A stretch of DNA of 64,000 nt from Amoebophrya sp. A120 (taxonomy: Eukaryota > Protista > Dinoflagellata), in assembly GCA_905178155.1 (NCBI GenBank), contig CAJINV010000004.1, forward strand, positions 2,316,228 to 2,380,227, read 5' to 3'. This document shows, piece by piece, positions 47,088-59,765 of this stretch. The notes under the pieces are model-generated. The model did not search any database. It was not told the origin of the DNA and saw only the letters and a program-made list of their open reading frames with translations. The position numbers and the translations under genes were made by a program. The number at the start of each line of letters is the position of its first letter. The first letter of the stretch is position 1.

Positions 47088-47749
47088 CCTCAGGATGATG
47101 TAGTTTGTATGGGTCCCGTGATCTTACTGTTGTGAATGGTTGGTGCTTTTTCTTTTTGATGGCCGGTGATAATAAAGGTTTGCAACCTCCTCGTCCAACT
47201 CGATCATCTTCCCTCAGGGATTCTTTTACACTGAAATAGAAGAACGTCGGAATCCTCGTCACAAATTGTTGACTGTAGTTCCTTTCGTCCGCGTCACCTT
47301 CGTCCAAGAAAGCATAAAACTCGTCTTTGCGTTATCGTTTCCATCCTCCAGGATGAGTCGTTGTTTCCGACGTTGTCGTTGTGTCGTTCATTTTCTATAG
47401 TGTCGCAGTAGAGTTGTCCCAAAGCGGGGGACCGGCTTTCTTATTTCGTGTTTTCGTGACTAGAGATTATTCGTTCAGAAAGAAAAATATTGTACTACAA
47501 TCAAGTTTGTGTTTGTACCACGCTAAGTGTAAGTTTGAGCAGATTTTCTTTTCATGAATTTTCCAGGAAAATAAGTAGTTTCCCTGGGTGGTCCCCCCCT
47601 TGCCATTCCGGTGTTTTGTTTCTGTCTTTGACTTCATCCTCCTGACCGCTTGCGGTTTTCAAGAAACATCAAATTGCAAATTAATTGTTCGCTTGTTTTT
47701 CAGAATCATCCACGGCAGAAAAAAATGCTGACCAGGCTCACCTCTACTG

Positions 47750-50599
47750 GTGGTCGACGACGAGAAGGACAAGCAGGTATTATTGACAAGACGTGCCCGC
47801 CGGGTGCCCCACTATCACGGCAAGACGTCAACATGGCTTCAAAGAAGCACCTTCCTTGGAAGGGTCCTTTTCATCGCAAGTGCCTGTTCAACAACAGTTT
47901 TTGTTTCGGCCCACACACTGCAGCCCATCACGCTCTTCAAAAAGCGGCGTACGGTGCGCCGGCTCCCGAGAAGCACGTTGGGCAACAACGTTGAGTTTCC
48001 ACGACGCACTCGGGACGGTAAAAATACAGGCGGGAAAGATAATGACGAAGGAGAGGCTCCGGTCTTCGTGAGCAGATCTTCTTCCTCTACTGCAGTAGGG
48101 GACAATGTTGTCGAGGATGATCTGGATGAACCGCCGACGAGGACCTCCGTTGAGCTACAACTACAAGAGTCCTCGCAGGACGAGAGGAAGCTGCAGCAGC
48201 AAGCGGACGCTGGTCAGCTCCTTGAGAATCAGACGGTGTTCTTTATTATGACAAAGCACCAGCACCAGGTGGACAAGAAGCGGTGGATCAAACTACAGGT
48301 GGCGCGGATGCGGCTAGCAAAAACGCAAAAGCATACCACGCACACAATCGAAATAAGGCCTCCACTCTCATTTCTGGAGGCTCTTCCACACCTGCTAATG
48401 GGAAACAAGAAACTTCTCCGGCTGCATCACAAGCTCGTGGATCAGCTTCCTCTTTGTCCTCGGTTCTACAGGAAGATGACGACGAGGTCGTGTATCAGAA
48501 CAGCAACACAACCTCTTTTGCGGAGCAAGGTGCAACTTCGGCGAGAAGCACAACTGGAGTTGTTGAACAAGAACGTCGCGGGTACATGGGAGAAAGACGC
48601 AGGCGTGGGCATAGGCTATCAATTGCAAATATGTCTGGGTCTGGAAGGATGCAAGGTCTGTCATGCACATTTTGCATGACTCGTGAACCTGATGTCCTCT
48701 GTGATGCATGCCCTAGCATCGCAGATTTTGTAAGTGCTTCCTGATGCCTATACCGCATTAGAATGAAACTATGCCTTCTCGCCGTGGCAAAAACTGGACT
48801 TCTTTTGCTGTTTATGCAATACAGATCTTTGTAGAATCCAAATGCAGCATCACAATGTGCATCCTTCCAGACCCAGACATATTTGCAATGCATAGCGGCC
48901 AGGAATGAACGAATGGATTACGATCAATGGGGTCGATTGCCTGTTTCAACACGGACCGGGACGGGTCGCCGAAAAGACGTGCGTGTATGCAAGAAAAAAA
49001 ATGTGTAACTGTAAGTCTGTGATGCAGGAAGTGCTAAACTGTTTACACTTGTCATGCTAGAGGTGCGTCATAGGCCACTTTCATAAGGTGTTTCCACGTA
49101 CTAGCTGCGCATGACAGGTTTCCCTGTAATTCAAAACGAATTTGTGATGCTGATCTTCCTACAAAGTTACACTTACACAGTTTTTTTCCTGGATAGCGTG
49201 AGCAATCCCTTTATTACGCTGAGAGACAAGCATAGACGTCCGCTCATGTCCGTGCGGGATCACGAAGCGTATTTTTTGTGGAAGTCGGACTTCGGGATGG
49301 ACAAAAACGCAAAGGATCTTGCTGTCACCTATTCGTGCGGTATATGCATTGCAAAAATATCGTACTAGTACTAGTAGTAATTGTTGCATGCAAGCATTAC
49401 AACAAACGAAATTTGTACTTTAGGAAGGAGATTTGTCATAGCAGCAATTACTACGAGTGCGATGCTTTTGCAGACCATACGGTGACGATATTGGGGAAGT
49501 ACGAGCACACAACTTCTTTGGCGGGTCTTATGCGGATGTATTTGAAGTTAGCATTAGCAAGCAGAAAGGCGGGCATCATGGCATTTTCCCGATTCCCTGG
49601 GGCGGAGCGGTTCAGTTTCGGGCGCACACCTGCGTCACCACTACCACTACCACGACAACGACGACGACAACGACGACGACGACAACGACGACTTCCACTT
49701 CTACCACGACCACGACTGCGGCAATCGCAATTTCAAGACCCAGAATTAAAGTTGCTCCCGCGGAACAAAAATCGTCGAAAACGGCCGTGCGGAATAAAAA
49801 ACCCTCGAGCAAAACCACGCCGGCACCCACACCAGCACCACCGGCCGCAAAGGAAGATACATTTAGTACGCCGGTGCCGACTGGTGCAGAAGAAGATACC
49901 CGCACGTCGGCCAATCGTGAAGATGAACAGCTCCTAGGAGCCTCTACTTCGACTCAAATTCACGCGCGCAACGCGAACGAAGCTCAGGCCTTGGGCGGAG
50001 CGGCGAGTGTGTCGCATACTTCGCCCGTTGACTTGAAGGTCCTCTCGGCTCCGTCAGGCTCGCCTATCGACCCCGCGAAACAAGTATCCTGTGCAAAAGT
50101 ATCGTACTCGTAGTAATTGCAATCATGCATTGCAAATTTTTTTCTCAAGGTACTTAAATCCGCATGACAAATTTCTTTTCTCATGCTGAGCGAATTTGTC
50201 ATGCATTTATACGAGTACGATACTTTTGCAATGCATCACAAGCGCAACAGCGGTGCGAGAAAGCGCAAGTGATGTTCCGGGACAAGGGCTGCTGCGACTG
50301 CGGGACATCGCCCTTGGTATGAACTGCAAATTACATCGATGTGGGTCTGAAACTGAAACGATATCATGCGCATGTTTCTTTTCAATTGCACGCAGAGTTT
50401 AGAATGCACACTTGATTTCTGCGTGTATTCTCTAAAATGCGCATCACACCTTTCCAGTTTCCAGGCCCAGATTGAGATTTGCAATGCATAGTTGGAAGCG
50501 GAGTGCAACGACTTGGTCAAGTACGCGGGAAGCAGTCCAGATTTCGCGGGGTTGCAATGTGACATTCGAGAGAGTTGCGCGCTCAGTAGTATGTGTTAG
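47750..50599 (+). CDS. Putative secreted mucin-like protein (poly-Thr tract, Cys-rich C-terminus); 5' structure uncertain
   Basis: Hydrophobic segment RVLFIASACSTTVFVSA. Five TIR introns join in frame from about 48230 to ...QRCEKAQVMFRDKGCCDCGTSPL|EAECNDLVKY...CDIRESCALSSMC*. Frame discontinuity near 48220. Confidence 0.6.
48617..48894. mobile_element. Introner-type TIR element, family A (inverted relative to 2644-2911)
   Basis: TIR; DR taggc/gcggc; interior is the reverse complement of the 2644/8042 interior. Confidence 0.93.
48986..49195. mobile_element. Introner-type TIR element, family F
   Basis: TIR; DR gcgtg/gcgtg. Confidence 0.93.
49343..49479. mobile_element. Introner-type TIR element, family E
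   Basis: tatgcattgcaaaaatatcgtact ... agtgcgatgcttttgcagaccata; DR cggta/cggtg. Confidence 0.88.
49636..49717 (+). repeat. (ACN)n trinucleotide repeat encoding poly-Thr
   Basis: accactaccactaccacgacaacgacgacg... Confidence 0.85.
50085..50237. mobile_element. Introner-type TIR element, family E
   Basis: TIR ending in ATC; DR acaag/acaag. Confidence 0.92.
50318..50490. mobile_element. Introner-type TIR element, family A-like (short)
   Basis: tatgaactgcaaat ... atttgcaatgcata; DR cttgg/gttgg. Confidence 0.85.
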
Positions 50600-52009
50600 G
50601 TTCTTCTTTTTCGTATCATTTACATTTACATTTATTTTGAGAACGTAGTACGCCACATTATAGTGGCGTATGGTTTTTCTTTTTTTTGTTTTTCGTATGA
50701 ACGACGAATTATGCGTTCAGAATCTGAAAGCATACAACTATGTATAGGTGACTGACATTCGAAATGTTCTGTTGGGATAAAATTTATTTTTCGATCGCGT
50801 TTAGGAACAGGTTTTCTTTTTTCGAGCGTAACTGACACACTGCTGGAGAGGGTTCCTGTGTACCAGTGTACTGTTTTCTCATTGCGCCGGTACAATTTCA
50901 AAACCGCACTGCAGTCTAGAAAAAGCATGCAAATTTGTGGTCACAAGCACAGCTAAGTAATGCAATCAAAAAGTAGTGCTACAGCTACTTTTTTGGAACA
51001 GGATTCTCAGAGTGAAAAATTTTTGTGCTTGTAGTTCGTCCGTCGGTTCTATATGCTGGCGAACTACAAACAGACGGGCCGGCCGGCCCAGGGAATTTTT
51101 TTTGTTGCTGTCGTTCATCTATGTGTCGTACGAATCTACAGAATGATGCAGATGAAAATCGTCGCGGTCTCGTTATTTTTTCGTGCAAGACATCAACTAC
51201 AACGTTTCGTTCGGCCGCTGCCATGGTCTTCTGTACTGCATTACGCCATCGTACTTCCAGTATGAGTATGACCCAGTTGCAACTGAGCCAGCATTCTTTG
51301 TTCTCTCGAGTGGTAAGAAAGCGCTTTTCTTTGAGCATTCTCACGCTAATCTTCATCTTTTCGGTTTTCCCTCCGCTTTCTACTTGTCTAAGAGTCGCCG
51401 TGAGACATCATGAATCACCCTGTAATTCGCAAGAACCGTTGGATTGCTCCATCCATTGCTGGTCGTGCACACTATAGGAGTCGTCTGAAAATAAGAATCA
51501 AATCGAGTTAGTTGTTTTCCTTCGTAGTCGCCACCACCTACAGCTGTCAACCATTCGGAAGATGTGAAATAGAATCGTCCAGTGGCCCAGTTGAATTGTA
51601 CCCCTTTGAACTTCGTCCCCTTGTCCAAGCTTGAGCCGCAAGTAATTGCACTGAAGCTTTTTAGAGAAGCGGTTTCATCAAACTCAAAGCAGTCTTTTGC
51701 TTTTCATCAAACTCATCGTAGAAGTCTTTTGCTTTTCACGGTTCGATGTATTGTTTGACTGCTTGTCCTTACTACTACTTGTATTTACAACTAGCCCGAT
51801 AATCAGTGGTGTACAATCGAGGGTACTACTTACATACTAGTAAGCGGTCTCCTCTCTTCCCGTAGTTACAGCGATCCTCGGTAGAAGTACCCCGTGATTC
51901 GCCATTTATTCGACCTCACCATGGCATTATCAGTAACAACTCCGTACATAAAAACTCGATCCTACGTTTCACTTTCATCCTCCTGAACAATCTCAAAAGC
52001 CGCGTCGAA

Positions 52010-55000
52010 ATGTCTACCGCAGGTACAGCACTCTTGCTGCTGCCCGAGGATCAACATAGGCGCAGCGCGCTCTCCGCGGACGCTGTGGTTTTGAAGACCC
52101 CCACAGCTTCACCAGGGAGTAACATCTTGACATATGAACACAATCTACAACAACTGCCCGGAGATGAACTACAAGTCCTCGGTTTTAACGAAGGTGAAGC
52201 GGCGACTGCTCTCGATGCGCACAAAAATTTGCCCTCTACCAGTACCAGAACAGCCATACCAACCTCGCTCCCGCCCTCGGAAGAAGTTCTTCCCCCGCCC
52301 CGTGAGCACAGCGTGGCGGCCTCCAACATAATCCCAAGACAGGGAACGGCGGGCTCTTTAAGTCCGACCGGATGGCGGGGCCCGCGGGGAAATTTCGTCC
52401 CCGCCGGGGCCATGGACCCGTTTTTGAATGTGCCGCAATGCGAGGAGACGCTGTTCACCACCACGCCCGGGTTGATAAACCTGGACACGGGGGCGCCGGA
52501 CGTGCGGATTCTGAACCAGGCCACCCGCATGATGGCGCAGGCGAGTGCGGAACTGTTGGCAGACCTAGATGCGTTTGACAGTGCTAGTACAACTTTTGCC
52601 GCTACTTCTTGTAGTACGACGACGTCTTCGTGTTCGAAAATACTAAAGGGCCCGGCGACCTGTTTGCAATACGGCCCGACGGTGGGCACGTTGTCCTACC
52701 GAAAAGAACTGGCGAAGTTTTTGAACGAGCAGTTTGTGGTTCGAACACCAACCACGGGTAAAATATCAAATTCTGCTGTCGAGGAAAATACAACTGTCAC
52801 TATCAACGAAAAAGTGGACCCGAGCGAGCTGTTCGAGACGAATGGCGCAACCGGCGGCCTTATCAAATGCAAAAGTGTCATCTGGGTCTGGAAGAATGCC
52901 AGACTTGTCATGCAGATTTTACATGACCCATGAGATGACGCCTGTAATGGATAGCCTGGCATCACAGATTTTTAGCGGGCTTCCTGATGCACCTTCCGCA
53001 TGAGAAATGCCCTGTCCGTGTAGTACAAATTGCACCCCTCTTGCTGGTCATGAAATGCAAATTTTTTTAGAGTCCAAAAACAGCATGACAAGAACAAGTT
53101 GCAATCTTCCAGACCCAGACACTTTTGCAGTTGATAGGCCTGCTTACCGCGATCTCGGCGTTTTTTCCTCCCGCCCAGGAGGCTCGGGAAGTAGTACTAC
53201 ATGGGGGTCCTGATTCTTCTACTAGCGGTGCCCGGGATGTTGAACAAGCAACTACTTCTACCGGAGCGAGAAGGCGGCTGTGTTTCATTGAGGACCCGAG
53301 CTACTTTCTCGCGCCGAAGATGCTGACGGAGCAGGGCTTCGAATTGGTTCCGATTCCGATGGAGGAGGATGGTCTGGACGTTTTTTGGTTGGAAAAAATG
53401 GTCGAGAAGCATTTATCAGCGGTAGTTACCAAAAATTGTAGTGCAACCACAACCACTACCACGTCTAATACCAAGACGGCGCCCACGTCGGCAACAACAT
53501 TAAGACCTCCCGTTGTAGGCGATGGACCAAAATCGAAATCCTCGACGCCGATGGAAGATGAAAGCTCCGCAACGTCTTCGGGGAAGATCAGTAGTCCTCC
53601 GATCATACCAGCGTCGCCGACCCACTTCGCAGCCATGGTGTATTGCATTCCGTCTTTTCACAACCCAACTGGATGCGTTCTATCGGCGGAAAAGAGGGAA
53701 AAATTGCTTTTCCTCGCGCGGAAATGGAATTTGCTAATCTTCTGCGACGACGTCTACGAGCTGCTAAACAACAACAGGAGAAATCATAACATCAGCGGTG
53801 CTGATGTACCTGTCCTCGTCGACACCAGTTGCGTAGCAGTCCAAGATGAATCTCGATCTCCGAAGGAGGGTAGTGGTAGTTGTAGAGACCATGGTGGTCC
53901 CGCAGCGCAAACTCCTGAAACAACCGGACTGACTGAGGACACCAGTGTTCATCCGGACCCCGCCAGCACCGCTTTTCGTGCTCCTGTCGTTCCGCCCAGG
54001 CTGGTTGCGTACGACTACATTGCCTCGACAGATGGTAAAAACCAGTACTGTCTAACCCGCGGCGCCAACGTGATTTCCAATAACACCTTCTCGAAGATTC
54101 TGGGCCCGGGCGTGCGGTGCGGCTGGATCGAAGCAGGTCTGTCCCTGATCGAGAAGCTGTCGCGCACCAAGGCCACCTGCAGCGCCGGCGCGGCCGCGCA
54201 GTTTGTCAGTAGCCTCGTGGAGCGGAACTTGCGGTCGGGGCGGCAGGGTCGGTTTTTGGATGTTGTCCGGGACGAATTCGAAAAGAGACGAAATATCGTG
54301 TACACAGTTTTCTACCGGGCCATGGCGCAGGCCTTGCGGGTGCCCGGCCGGGGCGTGTCGGAGCTGCTGAATATTGATGCGCACAGGAGCGTCAGTGCCG
54401 TGGTGGAGGATGATTTACTGGCGGATATTTCTTCCAACGATCGAAGGGGAGAAGTGATTGGTGTAGTGCGAGGGAAACAAGATCACTCTGTTGCTGCCGT
54501 AGCACATACTTCTAGTGCCGGCGGAGCAAAAAATGTACTTCCAGTTTTGGATGAAGCGTCCCTGTCTTCCATCCCAGTTTCGCCAAGTCTAGAGCGGCAG
54601 ATATCTCTGTCGCTCGACCGGTCGATTTCTTTTCAAGCGCCGGACCCGCTGGCGCGTTTGCACGCCGAGTGGGAACAGGTGAAGGGGGAGATGATGATGG
54701 AGGAACAAGAAGAGAATCCTACTGAGACAAAAAAATCAGGCGTCGAAAAAGAAAAGTTCACTCCACCAGATCGCCGCGGCCCGCCTTTTTCAGGGACGAC
54801 GGCAGCGATCGCGTGTTACCAAAACAACCACCAGACGGAGGACGGCAAGGACGACGAAAAGCGCAACAGTGTTTTTGAACAGATGCCCGGTGATTCATTG
54901 AACTCGAAATCCGAAGAAGAGGAGCAGTTTGCGCCATTCGAGGATCAAGAAGTAGATCATTTTCAACTGGAGCGGTCCCCGCCCACCAACTGGAGCACCA

Positions 55001-55524
55001 CCTCGGGTGGTGCTGTGTCTACTGGCACCGAGTCGGCCTCCCAGTCAGTTGCTTCCTCAGGACGGTCGGGCGCAACAGCTTTTGCGAACCGACCAGTGGT
55101 GGAGGAGAGTGCTATCAGTAAAAGTGGTAGTAGTACTACAAGAACGATGGACGCCGGTTGTAAAACTATCATCAAGAAAACCACCTCTATGCTGGGGACA
55201 ACGACAACGACAAGAACAACCACCCGGTCCTCGTCCGCCACCGACCGCGCCCTCGTCGAGAGCCACGGGTTCCGGCTGAAGGGTGGCACACTCGGCGGCA
55301 TGTGCGTGTTTTTGGAATGCAAAGAAAACCTCGACGCGCACCAGTTGCTGGTCAAATCGCGGTGCGTGGGCGTGAGTTTTAAACCGGGGGATCTGTTTTC
55401 CGTTTCCGGAACGAGTGGTAGAAACTGCCTCCGCATTGCCGTGGCGCACTACGGGTGTGAGGAATTGGCCAAGGCGATGTGGCTGCTGGCGCAGATGCTC
55501 GTGGATGAGGAGTTTTTGCAGTGA
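52010..55524 (+). CDS. PLP-dependent aminotransferase class I/II (2-aminoadipate transaminase-like), about 1077 aa with long insertions
   Basis: INLDTGAP, LQYGPTVG, TNGATGGL|LTA, IEDPSYFLA, YCIPSFHNPTG, CDDVY, TFSKILGPGVRCGW (PLP lysine), FKPGDLFS...CLRIA. Confidence 0.92.
52861..53136. mobile_element. Introner-type TIR element, family A
   Basis: TIR; DR ggcct/ggcct. Confidence 0.95.
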
Positions 55525-57019
55525 TATTGTAATTTTTACACAATACGGAACACACTTCAATCCCAAAATAAGAGCTTCTTTTTTCTTCTCCTTCCTTATT
55601 TCTTTTTCTTCGTTTTTTCGCACACAATAACCACTGCTACGGGCCTTGAGCGCTAGCGTAAGCCAGTGCCAGGTGGTCGCAGCCTATCGATATGCGACCC
55701 GATTGCCTGTCAGTGTCCAGAAAAATCCAGCAGCATACTATCGGCACAGCTTTGCTGCTGTGAACATGCCAACAGAAGACGGAAGCGGAAAAATCCTGTG
55801 CGTAGCGTATCATGTGCTGGACGGCGACCCCACGCATCATGTTTTCTTTGCTAGTGGTACCAAAATTCACCTTCATACGGAGTGAGGATTCTCCTTTTAA
55901 GTAGTCTTGTTGCTCCTCCTGCTGCTTCGTGTTCATTCTTGGACTTCTCGCTCGCTGCACGGATCTGCAAGAAGCTGCCTCGAGCGTCGGTCAAAAGAAG
56001 ATCAAAAAGAAGGAATCGATACGAGGTTCACCGCAAGAGTAGTAGTTCGGACTTCGTAAAGAAATTCTTTTGGCAAGCAGATCGCCAGGTTTTTCATCGA
56101 CTTAGGCTCATTCTGGATTTGCGAATGGATGGCCCGTGGTTGTTGGTGGTTCTTGCCAGGATCCGTGTGCTGCTCGCTCTTATTTCTTCTCTGCAATTAT
56201 TTCCATTTGATTATGAAAATCGAGGCAACCCGCACCGACGGAAGCCGTCTTTGTGTGTTGACTGAATTAATTTCGCGTTGACTTCTTTTCGTTTTCTCCT
56301 GTTTTGTCTGTGTGATGGTTTTTTCTGATTGGAATAAGCATGGGCTTCTCCGTAAGTATTCATTACTTTGGGTTAATAGATAGAGGTAGGTAGACGGATA
56401 TTATGGTAATCGTGACGGCGCATTTAGTCGGTAACAACTGTAGTTCGAGCCATACAAAGCAAGCAGCCCCCTTTCTTGCGTTCTAACGTTTTTCGATTTT
56501 ACGCAACATCTCAAGAAGGTGTTACTTACTTGGTTCTGCGAAGTCGCTGTAAGTGATAGGATTGTATTTAAGAACCACTCCCCGCGACTGCGTCGCGGGG
56601 CAAGCCTCGTACTTGCTCTTCCCGTCGATTATGAAAGAAAAAAATATTTGTGCGTCAAGTATTTTCATGTTTGTTGTTGAGGATTGCCTAAGGATAGAGT
56701 GCGGAGGTGCTCGCTCAGTTTTGGTTGTCCAGTTTGCGCCTGATCTCTGCTTCTCGCAGCGTCCGCCATAAACTTGTCCTCCTCGTAGCGTCATGTCGTA
56801 AATCCACTCGTAGCACAAAAAAAAACTGAGCTTGAGGCGGAACAGCAACTTCGATCTCATTGCGTTCTGCCGCCGACCGCTTGGAAAAAATCCTCAACAA
56901 AAAAACAGAAATACTTGACATACCCATTCATAATATTTCTTGCATTTAAGAAAAAACAGGCGGCAGTAAAGTGCTTTTGGCGCTCGAAAAACAAATCGGC
57001 GGCGCAACAGAAAAAGCTC

Positions 57020-57645
57020 CGAAGCTTCTGAAGATCTTTCTGAAGGTTTTTTGCGCGCGTTTTTACAAAAAATCAAGTTTCTAGTTCGGTGCGCGCAACA
57101 GAAACACCAAATTTTGTTGGACCTTCTGAAGGTTCTTCAGAAGATGCACCTTCAGAAGACTCAGAAATCAGAGTCTTCTGAAGGTGTGTTTTCTTTATTT
57201 TTTTCATTTTTGTCAAAGTGCGACAATTTTCGAAAAACCTTCAGAAGAAATTTGAGTCTTCTGAAGGTTTTTTTTCATTGTCCTGATTTTGCGTCATTTT
57301 TCGAGTTTAAAAAATGGCAGTCTTCTGAAGGTTTCGGACGTCCGCATAAAGCGCACTTCTTCAGAAGAATGGCTGCCTTCTGAAGGTTTCAAAAAGTCGT
57401 TTTTTTAGTCTTCTGAAGAATTTTTAGTAGAAAAATCGAAAAAATTCTTCAGAAGGTGAAAGAAAACCTTCAGAAGACTGAACCTTCTGAAGGTTGCAAA
57501 AAATGAGCGATGATCTCGTTTGCGCGAGCTAATTCTGCGATTTTTATAATGAAAAATAGCCGGCCAATTTTTTTGACCTTCTGAAGGTTGAAAATCAATT
57601 TTTTTTCTTCAGAAGCTCTTCAGAAGGTCAAACCTTCAGAAGCTT
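57020..57645. repeat. Array of about 19 palindromic CTTC(A/T)GAAG motifs in A/T-tract-rich DNA
   Basis: accttctgaaggt and ccttcagaag repeated in both orientations. Confidence 0.9.
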
Positions 57646-57708
57646 TGGGAGGAGCAAGTGCATATCTTTCCCCTATAGTATATAGATTATACTGAAAAAG
57701 AAGAAACC

Positions 57709-59765
57709 ATGTTTTCGTCCTTTGCAGTCGATAAAAACAGCAGGACGACCACGACCTGCAAGTTGCAGGGTCGACCGCCGGCACGAATAAAAACACCGTC
57801 ACGAAGCACAAGCAGCAGGTCTTCACTCGCGGCGCCGAGTCGTGTTTCGTCTCTGGTTCGTACATTCTCTGGGATATGCTGCTTGCCCCAAACTTTCTCT
57901 TTGCTTGGTCCGGCGTTCACGGTTCTTGCAGCGGCACAGGCCACCAGCGCAGCGGATTCATCTGCTTCGCGGGAGATGCCGAGCGGGAAGTCGTTGATGG
58001 GCGATCCGGACATGGAGATTCAGTCTTTTGACTCACTGGCGGACAGTTTCAAGGTTTCTCTCGTCCGGCCCCCGGACGAGCCAAAGAACAGCGGGGTGAA
58101 GTCGATCGTGAATATGAGCAGCATGGTGATGCTGTCAGACGAAGAGCTGAAGACGCTGGACGACTATGACGAGCTGTTCGAGAAGTACTCCATGTTTTGC
58201 AACGGCAGGTGGCTGGGGGTGCAGGTCCTGCAGGACAGCCAAGATTTGATGTACATGCAGCACATCGTGTACATGCGGAAACTATCAACTGCAAATATGT
58301 CTGGGTCTGGAAGAATACAAACTTGTGATGCGCATTTCAGAACACAGAAAAATCTCTCATGCATAGGTAGCAAAAGCTGCCCACTCTCTGTCACCAAAAT
58401 GGGGGACTTGTCATGCGGTTTCGGCATTGCGGAAGCTTCTCGAGACCTGTGATGCTAGAGCTTCCATGCCAGCCCTTCAGTGTCATGCAAAAACAACATG
58501 ACTCTTCCAGACCCAGACATTTTTGCATTTCATCGAGACCGGACCTGATCATAGAAACGGGGACCTACAAGGGCGGCCTCACCTTTTTTTTCGCGACTCT
58601 GCTCGACATGATCGCAAAGGAAGAAGAGAGCAACGCGCTCGTCGCTGGAAGTATCAACTTCGTTCTAGTTCTTTCGGTTGTTTGATAGATTCCTTTTCTT
58701 GTGCATAGGCGTAAAGGTAATCTAATCATCATGTTGCAGTTGACCATGACCCCTTCGACGCGCCTCTGACAACTCCAGTGCACCAGCACGGTCCACTTGT
58801 CAGGAGAAAACTCTAGGACGGAATCAATTGCTGCACGCAGTGAGATGTAATAGAAGCCGTGACGCATTGGTCGTGCATGAAAGGCGACACAAGAAGAGTT
58901 CTCGATGCGCTGTCGTGTGATCTGTGGTGTCAAAGACGAAGTGAGAGTGGCCACTTTTGAATTACATCACACAGCTCCGCATACGCCGCGCCCGTCCGCT
59001 GTAATCTCCGTGGATAAGCACCATCCCCACATGGTCTTTGCCGCCAACTGGTTTTGCCCCGTTTGTCTCGACTGCCGCAGGTCCTACGACACACGGGAGT
59101 GGCACGAGCGCGTGCGCTTTGTCATGGGCCTCGCGGATACGGATGAGACCCACAATGAGGTGCTGGCGCACATGATGGAGATTGGATACGACTTTCAGCG
59201 AGAAGCTGGGCCGGCGGTGGCAGGATCCGCGGTGAAGGATAAAGTCGTCGTGGTAAAAAAATTAAAATAGGATAGCGTCTTTATAATTCCCATTGTGCAG
59301 GCAAGGCAGATTTTTCTTTTTGTGAGGTCCGTCCAGCCACAGGACGCGCATCACAAGTAAGTTGGCACTTGTTTATTTTCGACGCGATATAGGACGAAAA
59401 GCAAAAGCAAAGGAGTATCACCTCCACAGGTAAACCTGGACGCAAACCACGAGTATCAAGGGCTTTTGAAGGAGCTGATCTACTATGCGCCCTACGTGTC
59501 CCTAAATTCCTACCTGATTGTGCAGGACGCGAAGCTGGACAAAATCTGGGGCGTGCCGGCGGTTTCGTCCGCGGTCGAGCGGTTTCTCCAGCTGTTGCCC
59601 CCCTTCGAATTTGTCATCGAGCATGAGATCAAGTTCCACGGCTACTCGCAGCATTTGTATCTCCGACGGGCGAGCAAAACGATAAGTTGGGACTACTTCG
59701 CGAAAATGTTCCAAGTAAACGTCACCAGTGCAGCAGCATCTGGCGGTACGCAGGAAGAGCTGTAA
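57709..59765 (+). CDS. CmcI (cephalosporin hydroxylase / rhamnosyl O-methyltransferase) family SAM-dependent methyltransferase
   Basis: WLGVQVLQDSQDL..MQHIVYMRK|PDLIIETGTYKGG, VISVD, RVRFVMG, VNLDANHEY..LKEL.YYAPYVSLNSYLIVQD. One TIR intron and two GT-AG introns. Confidence 0.85.
58283..58534. mobile_element. Introner-type TIR element, family A
   Basis: TIR ending in ATC; DR gaaac/gagac. Confidence 0.92.

Noticed and set aside
57020-57645. CRISPR array or heat-shock elements
   Set aside because: The repeat is only 9-13 bp with irregular spacing and no cas genes. TTC-N1-GAA spacing does not match the HSE TTC-N2-GAA pattern.
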